A DNA stretch of 60,364 bases, taken from IMG/VR virus record IMGVR_UViG_3300030328_003717, positions 1 through 60,364 of that record; one strand, 5' to 3'. Below, piece by piece: positions 15,975-24,500 of the stretch. A program made the position numbers and the translations under genes. Position 1 is the stretch's first letter. Each line of letters begins with the position of its first letter. Below the pieces are notes generated by a model. It was given only the letters and a program-made list of their open reading frames with translations, was not told the DNA's origin and searched no databases. This DNA comes from a virus. Lineage: Duplodnaviria > Caudoviricetes.

Positions 15975-16633
15975 GTTTTACATACAGCGGACTAAAGACA
16001 GCGGTACAGAATTATATAGATAGTTCTGAAACCACTTTTGTAAACACGTTGGATACGTTTATACAACAAGCGGAAAACCGCATATTTAATACGATTGAAC
16101 TCAATGTTTTTAGAAAAAATGTAACAGGTACGGCAGCCTCTGGAAATCAATATTTGTCTGCACCAACAGATTTTATTTCTCCTTTGAGTTTGGCTGTTTT
16201 AGACAGTGACAGTAAATACACTTATTTATTATTAAAGCACCCTAGTTTCATGCGCAACTATACAACAACAGCGGCCACCACAGGATCACCTAAATATTAC
16301 GGACAGTTTGATGATGACACATTTATTTTGGCGCCAACACCAAACGCTAATTTAACTTTTGAACTGCATTATCTATATCAACCAAATTCATTGACTGCAG
16401 CGGGAGACAGTGGCACAACTTGGGTTTCAAAAAATGCTCCCGATTTACTACTGTATGGAACGTTAGTGGAAGCAAGCGTGTTTTTAAAACAAGACTTAAA
16501 CGAAACAAACATGTTTGAGGCTCGTTTTCAAGAAAACTTAGTTAGACTTAGTAATTTAATGGAAGGAAGATCTACAAGAGACGAAAATCGATTTGATAGA
16601 CAAAGAGGTTTTGTTTCTGCTTCACCTCAGTAG
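15971..16633 (+). CDS. Second adaptor-like tail protein
   Basis: GSPKYY...LAPTP...LLLYGTLVEA pattern, similar to 14554. Confidence 0.65.
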   Translation: MSFTYSGLKTAVQNYIDSSETTFVNTLDTFIQQAENRIFNTIELNVFRKNVTGTAASGNQYLSAPTDFISPLSLAVLDSDSKYTYLLLKHPSFMRNYTTTAATTGSPKYYGQFDDDTFILAPTPNANLTFELHYLYQPNSLTAAGDSGTTWVSKNAPDLLLYGTLVEASVFLKQDLNETNMFEARFQENLVRLSNLMEGRSTRDENRFDRQRGFVSASPQ

Positions 16634-17350
16634 ATGCTAGAAAACAAACTTAAAGGCAAGAAAATTGCCATAGTTGCTATGGGCAGAAGTCAAATAGACT
16701 ATCATTTGTCCATCAGCCATAGTCAAGAATACGATGAAGTTTGGACCATAGGTTCAATGTGCGCTGTTGTAAGCCCAGATAGAGCTTTTGTCATGGACCC
16801 AGCCACTCGTTTTTTTGACACAAACGATGCTGGCCCTCAAACAGAAATAATGCGCAAAACACTACCAAGACTAGATATTCCAATTTATTCTTGCACAGAA
16901 GACAACCGTGTTCCTGGGATTGTTTTATATCCTTTGCAGGAAGTCATTCAAAAAACAGGTTGCGCTTATTTTAATAATTCCATTGCTTATGCGATTGCGT
17001 TTGCTCTTTATCAAGAAGTAGGATCTATCAACATGTTTGGAGCAGATTTTACATATAAAACCAACGTGCATTTTGGAGAAATGGGACGAGCGTGCTGCGA
17101 GTTTTGGTTGTCTAAATGTATCCAAAAAGGAATAGATATTGCGATTGCACCGTCTTCTTCACTATTAGACACAAACGTATCTATACAAGAAAAATTATAT
17201 GGATACCATAGGCTTGAAGATCCACCTGTGGTATATTTAGAAAAAGGTGAATTAGTTGTTGGAAACCTTTCGGAAGTTTTAGAAGAAAAACCACTTACAG
17301 GACTTTCGGGAAGACAAGACATTGGTCCACCAGAACCAGAGAAATATTAA
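16634..17350 (+). CDS. Putative nucleotide-sugar transferase-like Rossmann protein
   Basis: KIAIVAMGRS...NSIAYAIAFAL...INMFGADF resembles MAF/DUF115/sialyltransferase-like folds; tentative. Confidence 0.45.
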   Translation: MLENKLKGKKIAIVAMGRSQIDYHLSISHSQEYDEVWTIGSMCAVVSPDRAFVMDPATRFFDTNDAGPQTEIMRKTLPRLDIPIYSCTEDNRVPGIVLYPLQEVIQKTGCAYFNNSIAYAIAFALYQEVGSINMFGADFTYKTNVHFGEMGRACCEFWLSKCIQKGIDIAIAPSSSLLDTNVSIQEKLYGYHRLEDPPVVYLEKGELVVGNLSEVLEEKPLTGLSGRQDIGPPEPEKY

Positions 17351-17640
17351 TGGAAACTGATTCATTTAAAATCTCCATAGGAAACCTTGGAGTAAAAACA
17401 ACACATGGTAGAGGCCATACAGTAGAAGAAGTTGCTGAAATGGCTACTAATAAATTGGTTTCGGTGAGCGACACAGCGCCGGAACCGATCAAAGCGCAAG
17501 CCCATGCCTTCAGAAATTCGTGTCAGATTATTATTGCTCATTACATGCGTGAGGCAATTAAAAACCACATGTGTACGATAGGCAATCAATTAGAAGCGCA
17601 AGGACATAAAGACCTTGCAGAAATTATTAGGAGGCTATAA
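17350..17640 (+). CDS. Hypothetical protein
   Basis: TAATG coupling on both sides. Confidence 0.75.
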   Translation: METDSFKISIGNLGVKTTHGRGHTVEEVAEMATNKLVSVSDTAPEPIKAQAHAFRNSCQIIIAHYMREAIKNHMCTIGNQLEAQGHKDLAEIIRRL

Positions 17641-18071
17641 TGGCTATAACACAAGCAATGTGTACTTCTTTCAAAAGTGAGCTTTTGCAAGCGGTACATA
17701 ACTTTAAAGCAACTGGAGGAAACTCCTTTAAGCTTGCTTTGTACACTAGCTCCGCGACCATGAGTGCTTCTACCACAGCTTATAGTACAAACCAAGAAGC
17801 ATCAGGAACGAACTATACTGCGGGTGGTGCAGCTTTAACAAACGTCAATCCTACAACATCAGGAACAACTGCGTACACTGATTTTGCTGATTTGACTTTT
17901 GGAACAGCTACTGTCACTGCGAGAGGTTGTATGATTTATAATGATACAGCTACTGGCGATCCAGCAGTCGCCGTTTTTGATTTCGGTGGAGACAAAACAA
18001 GTACAGCAGGTAGTTTTACAATATCTTTTCCAACCGCAGACGCAAGTAACGCTGTTATTAGAATAGCGTAA
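17640..18071 (+). CDS. Tail/virion structural protein
   Basis: MAITQAMCTSFKSELL...FKLALYTS...Y.AGG..L pattern; AGGAGG RBS. Confidence 0.7.
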   Translation: MAITQAMCTSFKSELLQAVHNFKATGGNSFKLALYTSSATMSASTTAYSTNQEASGTNYTAGGAALTNVNPTTSGTTAYTDFADLTFGTATVTARGCMIYNDTATGDPAVAVFDFGGDKTSTAGSFTISFPTADASNAVIRIA

Positions 18072-18078
18072 ACCAGTT

Positions 18079-18912
18079 ATGTCTGGTTGGGGTCGGTCCA
18101 CATGGGGCACTGGTCCTTGGGGTGAACCTGCAATAGTTAATGTTACAGTTAATGTAACAGGCGTTGCGGGAACAACTGCACTAGGAACAGAAACCGTTAG
18201 TTGTGATGCTAATGTCGCAGAGACAGGTGTCGCTGCTACGGGTGGTATTGGCAGTTTAACTGTAACGGGTGTTGCTAATGTTACGGAAACAGGTGTCGCT
18301 GGAACAAGTGCACTAGGATCATTAAGTATATCCGCTGATGCGAATGTAAGCGAAACAGGAGTTGCTGGTACAGGAGCAGTAAATAGCTTAACTGTTACAG
18401 GTGTAGCTAATCTTTCTGTAACAGGAGTTGCTGGTACTAGTGCTTTAGGCACAGAATCAGTAAGCGGTGATGCGAATGTCAGCGAAACAGGAGTAGCTGG
18501 TACTGGTGCTGTCGGCACAGTTGTTCCAAATGGAGCAGCCATTGTAGGTGTTAGCGGTGCTGCCTCAACGATATCACAAGGCGATGAAACAGTTACTTGT
18601 GACGCGAATGTTTATCCGACAGGAATAGCTGCTACAAGTGCGTTAGGCACAATCAGCACTGTTAGTAATAATGTTATTTCTGTTACGCAAAGTGCTAGTA
18701 CAGGACAAGTTGGCGACCTTACTCCTCAAGCAAGTGCAGGAGCTTCAGTTACAGGAGTAGAGGGAACAGGCCAAATTAGTCAACTCCTTGTTTGGGGCAA
18801 CATTGTTCCAGGGCAAGACGCTGAATGGGCCGTGATTGACGATTCTCAAACAGCAAGTTGGTCTGAGATAGATGATTCTCAGTCCCCAGATTGGACAGAT
18901 GTTGCGGCATAA
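18079..18912 (+). CDS. Virion protein with about 22-aa tandem repeats
   Basis: Repeated ANVxETGVAGTxALGxxxV units; WG-rich N-terminus. Confidence 0.75.
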   Translation: MSGWGRSTWGTGPWGEPAIVNVTVNVTGVAGTTALGTETVSCDANVAETGVAATGGIGSLTVTGVANVTETGVAGTSALGSLSISADANVSETGVAGTGAVNSLTVTGVANLSVTGVAGTSALGTESVSGDANVSETGVAGTGAVGTVVPNGAAIVGVSGAASTISQGDETVTCDANVYPTGIAATSALGTISTVSNNVISVTQSASTGQVGDLTPQASAGASVTGVEGTGQISQLLVWGNIVPGQDAEWAVIDDSQTASWSEIDDSQSPDWTDVAA

Positions 18913-18953
18913 TAATATAAAGACTATAATCTATTAAATAACGGAGGCATTTA

Positions 18954-21806
18954 GTGGCAACTTATGTAAATGATTTAAGGCTTAAAGAAATCGCTACAGG
19001 CGATGAGTCGGGTACTTGGGGAACCAGTACCAACACAAATTTAGAATTAATTGCGGAAGCATGGGGTTCTGGCTCAGAAGCCATTACAGGAACAACCCAC
19101 ACAATCACGATGGCAGATGGTACTGCCGATGCAGCGAGAGCCTTTGCTCTAACGCTGACAGGATCAATCACCGCAACCAATACAGTAACTCTCGCACCGA
19201 ACACAGTCAGTAAGACTTGGGTGATTCAAAACAACGCAGGTTATCAAGTAACGATATCTCAAGGCACAGGCGCAAATGTAGTCATTCCGAATGGCGGAAT
19301 CAAGATGGTTGTCACCGATGGTGCTGGTGCAGGTGCTGCTGTAACTGACGTATTAGATATGACAGGCGGTACAGGTAATGTCGGACTAGGTTCTGGCTCA
19401 CTCGGTACAGCAATTACGACAGGAACGGATAATGTAGCCATAGGTGAGAATGCACTTGATGCAGTCACGACTGGCTCAGATAACACAGTGGTTGGAGACA
19501 ATGCTGCTACTGCTTTAACCACAGGTAATTTTAATACTGCTATCGGTTCTGGAGCATTAATTACACAAACAACAGGAAGTTACAACACCGCAGTGGGTTA
19601 TTTATCTTTAACAGCAAACACAACAGGTATAGCAAATGTTGGGTTGGGAGAGTCCACACTAGCAGCAAACACAACTGGAGATAATAATACTGCACTAGGT
19701 TATGGTGCATTAGCAGTAAACACCACAGGCAGTGAAAATACGGCAGTGGGCAGAAACGCTCTTGATGCGAATACCACAGCAGACAATAACACAGCCGTCG
19801 GTTATGCTGCTTTAGGAGCAAACACCACAGGTACAGGTAACACAGCAGTTGGTCAGACTTCTCTAAATAATGCTACTACAGCCGATAACAATACAGCATT
19901 TGGTAGAAATGCTTTATCCTCAACCACAACAGGACACAGTAATACAGCCGTGGGTAAATCTGCTTTGTATGGTAATACAACAGGTAATTATAATGTTGCT
20001 GTTGGTCTTAATGCTGGTCAAGGTACAACAGGCAGTAACAATACATCAGTTGGGTATGAGGCTTTAAAGCCTGTAACCACAGGTGAATACAATGTAGCTA
20101 TAGGTTCTCTTGCTTTAACAGCAAATACAACTGGTTCGCAAAACACAGGTATGGGATATTCAGCAATGAATGTAAATACCACTGGCGATAATAATACTGC
20201 TATGGGTTTTGGCGCATTAGATGCTAATACCACAGCCGATAACAACTCCGCAGTTGGTTATGCAGCTTTAGGAGCAAATACCACAGGTACTTCAAATACA
20301 GCAGTGGGTGCAACTGCTTTAGATGCCAACACCACAGCCAACAACAATACAGCCGTCGGTTATGCTGCTTTAGGAGCAAATACCACAGGACACAGTAATA
20401 CCGCTGTGGGTAAAAATGCAGGTACTGCAATTACAACTGGTGATGAAAATGTTGCTATTGGAAGTGATGCTTTAGAAGCTGCAACTACAGGAGGTTCAAA
20501 TACGGCTGTTGGTCAAAATGCTTTATTAAGTAACACGACTGCTTCAAGTAACACCGCAGTTGGAAAATCATCTTTAGCATCAAACACCACAGGCGGAGAA
20601 AATGTTGCAGTTGGAACTAGTACTTTAGGAGCAAATACTACAGGCGCACAAAACGTGGCAGTAGGTTCAAATGCTTTAGACGCTAACACAACGGCAGCAA
20701 ATAACACGGCAGTTGGCTACAATGCTTTGACAGGAAATACCACAGGAACAGCAAACGTAGCGGTAGGTACTGCATCTTTGGTAAGTAATACAACTGCTTC
20801 AAATAACACTGCAGTTGGATATGCAGCTTTAAACGCAAATACCACAGGCTCTGAAAATACTGCAGTAGGACAAAATGCTGGCGATGCTATAACAACGGCT
20901 GCTGCAAATGTTGCTGTGGGTCAATCTTCGCTTTCAGGAGCTACTACTGGTGGTAATAACACCGCCATAGGAGTAGATGCTCTTAATGGACTTACAACAG
21001 GATCAGGTAATGTTGCAGTGGGTAAAAGTTGCGCAGATGCTTATAATGCAAACAATCTTACAGCAGTTGGTTATGGTGCGCTTGGTGCTGCTACAACAGG
21101 CGGTGGAAACGTGGCTATGGGCTATAATGCACTAGCAGCAAACACCACTGGAGACAACAACACGGCATTTGGTTATGAGGCTTCGGAATCAACCACTACT
21201 GGCACAAATAACACTGCTGTGGGTTCTCAAGCACTGGATGCTCATACAACAGGACATAGTAATGCTTGTTTTGGGTATGCAGCAGGTGGAGACATAACTA
21301 CTGGCGGAAATAATATATGTGTTGGTAATCAGGCTGGAACTTCGGCTGGACCAGGAGGCTCTATTACCACAGGTAATAATTCTCTTGTTTTAGGTAATGA
21401 TAGCATTAGTGCTTTTTATTGTGCCGATACAACTATTTCATCTTCAGATGTTAGGGATAAAACAGACATAACTGACTTTAACGCAGGATTAGACTTTATT
21501 AATAAAATGCAACCTGTTACTTATAAATGGGATAAAAGAAGTTGGTACAGTGATGACCTTTCTGTAGTTCCTGATGGAAGTAAAAAAGAGAATAAAACTA
21601 ATGTTGGTTTTAGAGCGCAAGACGTAGTGGAATTAGAAAAAGAAATAGGTTTTGCTAACGACAAAAACGATATGCTGTTTGCAAGTTTAACAGACGATGA
21701 AAAAAGATACGGAATGAAGTACGAAAGACTGGTAACAGTTATAGTAAATGCAATCCAAGAACTCTCAGCAGATGTTGAAGAATTAAAATCAAAAATAGAG
21801 GAATAA
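18954..21806 (+). CDS. Tail fibre: 14-aa beta-roll repeats plus C-terminal S74 intramolecular chaperone
   Basis: Dozens of NTAVGxxALxxNTT units; SSDVRDKTDI...QPVTYKW...GFRAQDV...Y..L...AIQEL. Confidence 0.85.
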   Translation: MATYVNDLRLKEIATGDESGTWGTSTNTNLELIAEAWGSGSEAITGTTHTITMADGTADAARAFALTLTGSITATNTVTLAPNTVSKTWVIQNNAGYQVTISQGTGANVVIPNGGIKMVVTDGAGAGAAVTDVLDMTGGTGNVGLGSGSLGTAITTGTDNVAIGENALDAVTTGSDNTVVGDNAATALTTGNFNTAIGSGALITQTTGSYNTAVGYLSLTANTTGIANVGLGESTLAANTTGDNNTALGYGALAVNTTGSENTAVGRNALDANTTADNNTAVGYAALGANTTGTGNTAVGQTSLNNATTADNNTAFGRNALSSTTTGHSNTAVGKSALYGNTTGNYNVAVGLNAGQGTTGSNNTSVGYEALKPVTTGEYNVAIGSLALTANTTGSQNTGMGYSAMNVNTTGDNNTAMGFGALDANTTADNNSAVGYAALGANTTGTSNTAVGATALDANTTANNNTAVGYAALGANTTGHSNTAVGKNAGTAITTGDENVAIGSDALEAATTGGSNTAVGQNALLSNTTASSNTAVGKSSLASNTTGGENVAVGTSTLGANTTGAQNVAVGSNALDANTTAANNTAVGYNALTGNTTGTANVAVGTASLVSNTTASNNTAVGYAALNANTTGSENTAVGQNAGDAITTAAANVAVGQSSLSGATTGGNNTAIGVDALNGLTTGSGNVAVGKSCADAYNANNLTAVGYGALGAATTGGGNVAMGYNALAANTTGDNNTAFGYEASESTTTGTNNTAVGSQALDAHTTGHSNACFGYAAGGDITTGGNNICVGNQAGTSAGPGGSITTGNNSLVLGNDSISAFYCADTTISSSDVRDKTDITDFNAGLDFINKMQPVTYKWDKRSWYSDDLSVVPDGSKKENKTNVGFRAQDVVELEKEIGFANDKNDMLFASLTDDEKRYGMKYERLVTVIVNAIQELSADVEELKSKIEE

Positions 21807-21809
21807 AAA

Positions 21810-22130
21810 ATGGCAGTAACTAAAACGCTAACGAAATCTATTCCCCATGTAAAATCAAGCAAGGTTGAGCAATGGGATTTAGAAATGACTTACGAGAACG
21901 ACAGTGAAGGTGATGCAACTTATTACAAGTCTGTATTTAGTCACACAGCGGTCGCAGCCGATGGTGATTTTACCAAAGCAGCTAAAAGTTCGTTTAATCT
22001 GGCAGCACTGACAGCAATGTTTCCAACAGCACATTGGGATACAGTATTTGCAAGTCAGGTAGATTCAGTGATTACGAATCCCGCTACACCAGCAGTGGCA
22101 GATAACGACTTTTCAGTACCTTCTAGCTAG
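21810..22130 (+). CDS. Tail-fibre-associated small protein
   Basis: GAGG RBS; follows the fibre gene. Confidence 0.65.
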   Translation: MAVTKTLTKSIPHVKSSKVEQWDLEMTYENDSEGDATYYKSVFSHTAVAADGDFTKAAKSSFNLAALTAMFPTAHWDTVFASQVDSVITNPATPAVADNDFSVPSS

Positions 22131-22132
22131 TC

Positions 22133-22858
22133 ATGGCTGACAAAGAGGCAGTGCCTGTAGAGGGTACAGATATTGATGTTAATATCTGGACAATGCCTGC
22201 GGTTTTCGTATTAGAGACTCGTATGCCAGACGGCATGGTTGAGGACTTAAATACCTATCTTGACGATCTTAGAGAACAAGCAGATAAAGAATCATTGGCT
22301 CATTCATTGGTAGGACAGATTGCTCATGGTGAGCAACTGAACATGGACCCAGAGCATGAGAAGGTTAGACAGTATTCTAAGTTTGTAACTTTGTTAGGCG
22401 CTCAATACATTAATCATTTTATGAAAAGCACAGGACAATCTTTACCTAAAAATAGGCAGGTTTCTATAGACGAAACGTGGTCGGTGCATAGTTATGAGGG
22501 TGATTACAACCCTATACACGATCACGGCACTAAAACGATTATGGGTATATCAACAACTTGTTGGACTAAAGTACCACAACAAATACTGGATCAACCTGCT
22601 GCTGGAAGTCCTTTATATAATAAATATGAAGCGTCTGGTGCGTGTGATGGTTATTTAGCTTTTAATTATGGTCGTAATGAAATAATGAATGTAGAACGAT
22701 TGAGACCACCACAAAGTTTTGAAGTACAGCCTGAAGTCGGAAAACTATACATTTTTCCATCCTGGCTTTCTCACATGGTTTATCCATTTAGAGGCGAAGG
22801 CGAAAGACGAACAGTTGCTTCTAACCTTAATTGTTGGGAAGTAGAGGAAGCAGCATGA
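22133..22858 (+). CDS. Putative 2OG-Fe(II) oxygenase
   Basis: YNPIHDH...G.LYIFPSWLSHMVYPF...ERR motifs. Confidence 0.8.
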   Translation: MADKEAVPVEGTDIDVNIWTMPAVFVLETRMPDGMVEDLNTYLDDLREQADKESLAHSLVGQIAHGEQLNMDPEHEKVRQYSKFVTLLGAQYINHFMKSTGQSLPKNRQVSIDETWSVHSYEGDYNPIHDHGTKTIMGISTTCWTKVPQQILDQPAAGSPLYNKYEASGACDGYLAFNYGRNEIMNVERLRPPQSFEVQPEVGKLYIFPSWLSHMVYPFRGEGERRTVASNLNCWEVEEAA

Positions 22859-23037
22859 GCAAACTTACCATAGCTGAAGTGAACGCTAAAATAGAAAAAC
22901 ACGAAGCGGTTTGTGCAGAGCGTTGGCTAGAAGTTTTACACAGAGTTACTAGACTTGAACAATTCATTTTGATAACTTTGATTACGCTTGTTATGAGTAT
23001 GGCAGGCATAATTTTTAAAGTAATAACAGGGGAATAA
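22855..23037 (+). CDS. Small coiled-coil plus C-terminal TM protein (lysis-associated?)
   Basis: ATGA overlap; HEAVCAERW followed by a hydrophobic helix. Confidence 0.65.
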   Translation: MSKLTIAEVNAKIEKHEAVCAERWLEVLHRVTRLEQFILITLITLVMSMAGIIFKVITGE

Positions 23038-23038
23038 T

Positions 23039-23203
23039 ATGCAAACATTTGCAAATATAATGGCGATTATAATGACGGTTGTAACAACCGCTAGTGTGAT
23101 CGCTATGGTAACACCAACACCGCAAAAAACGGGTTGGATGAAAAAAGTGTATTCAATCATCGATATGTGTGCATTGAATATTTGGAAAGCAAAAGATAAA
23201 TAA
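23039..23203 (+). CDS. 54-aa membrane protein (holin-like)
   Basis: MQTFANIMAIIMTVVTTASVIAMVTPTP...ALNIWKAKDK. Confidence 0.6.
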   Translation: MQTFANIMAIIMTVVTTASVIAMVTPTPQKTGWMKKVYSIIDMCALNIWKAKDK

Positions 23204-23335
23204 ATGTATGAACTGTTCCAAAGAGGGAAAATCTCAAAAGAAGTCTTTAACGAATTTCAATTCTACAAAAGATCTTTCTGGATTTGTTTTTCCTACGTTC
23301 TTTGGGACACGTTCAGAGCTTTTGGCCTAATATAA
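23204..23335 (+). CDS. 43-aa aromatic-rich small protein
   Basis: ATG directly after the previous stop; fills the gap. Confidence 0.45.
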   Translation: MYELFQRGKISKEVFNEFQFYKRSFWICFSYVLWDTFRAFGLI

Positions 23336-23354
23336 ATTTAAGGAGGAAACGGCC

Positions 23355-24500
23355 GTGGCAAAGTGGGGCATCTTTGCAGCGTGGTGGTTGGCGCTGCTAT
23401 TTACAGCAACTACTGTTAAAGCAGATCAGACGGGTGACTGTACTGCTGGGGAACAGTATTGTGAACAAAACTCGATGACAACTACATCCACTACGACTAC
23501 AACCAATACCAACACGAATACTAATACCAACACAAACACCAATACTAATACCAACACCAATAACAACACCAATACCAATACGACTACAACAACATCTACT
23601 GGTACCAATACGAATACAAACACGAACACAAACAACAATACAAACAACAATACCAGCACGTCCACTGCTACGAATACAAACACAAACAACAACACCAGCA
23701 CAACCACGTCTACTGGTACTAACACCAATACTAATACAAACACCAATAACAACACGTCGACAAGTACAAACACCAATAACAACACGTCGACTAATACCAA
23801 CAACAACACAAACACTAGTACGTCTACAAACACAAACACCAACACTAGTACGTCTACAAACACCAACAACAATACCAATACCAACACCAATTTAAATACG
23901 TCAACGTCCAATAACACAAATAAAAATGTGAATGAGTCGACTTCCACATCGAATGTGCAGACAAACAATAAAAACGTGAATGAGAACAACAACACCTCTA
24001 ATAACACAAACCGGAATATAAACGAGTCAAAGTCTGAGCAAACGATTAATCAGAATATTAAAACAGAAGCTCCACCCGCCTCCGCTATCGCACCATCAAT
24101 AATGAGTTACAGTCAGGATCTTTGTACGGTGGGAAGATCAGGAGCGTTTCAAGGTCAAGTGTTTGGTATTTCTACAGGGCGAACAGTAAGAGATGAAAAC
24201 TGTGAGCGACTTAAACTTTCTAAGTATTTATTTGACACAGGCATGCGCGTGGCGGCAGTCGGAATTTTGTGTCAAGACGTAAGAGTTTTTAAAGCAATGC
24301 AAATGGCAGGTACGCCTTGTCCATACAAAGGCAAAATTGGAGAAGAGGCAAAAGCAGCGTGGGCAACTAACCCTAAAGACCGACCAGATTATAAAGAAGC
24401 AAAATCAGCTTATGTTGCCAAGTGCTATAATTCACTAAACAGTTCGGGACTGAAAAAATCTAGGATGACGTGTCGTCGTGAGTTTGATTCGGGCAATTAG
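23355..24500 (+). CDS. Exported protein with long Thr/Asn tract and Cys-containing C-terminal domain
   Basis: AGGAGG RBS; signal peptide ending VKA; (TN)n tract; DLC...DENCERLK...LCQD...GTPCP. Confidence 0.8.
   Translation: MAKWGIFAAWWLALLFTATTVKADQTGDCTAGEQYCEQNSMTTTSTTTTTNTNTNTNTNTNTNTNTNTNNNTNTNTTTTTSTGTNTNTNTNTNNNTNNNTSTSTATNTNTNNNTSTTTSTGTNTNTNTNTNNNTSTSTNTNNNTSTNTNNNTNTSTSTNTNTNTSTSTNTNNNTNTNTNLNTSTSNNTNKNVNESTSTSNVQTNNKNVNENNNTSNNTNRNINESKSEQTINQNIKTEAPPASAIAPSIMSYSQDLCTVGRSGAFQGQVFGISTGRTVRDENCERLKLSKYLFDTGMRVAAVGILCQDVRVFKAMQMAGTPCPYKGKIGEEAKAAWATNPKDRPDYKEAKSAYVAKCYNSLNSSGLKKSRMTCRREFDSGN

Noticed and set aside
17859-20707. Several minus-strand ORFs opposite tail genes
   Set aside because: Shadows of Gly/Thr/Ala repeats inside a tightly packed + strand operon
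23426-24007. 193-aa Val/Leu-rich ORF on the minus strand
   Set aside because: Antisense shadow of the Thr/Asn codons
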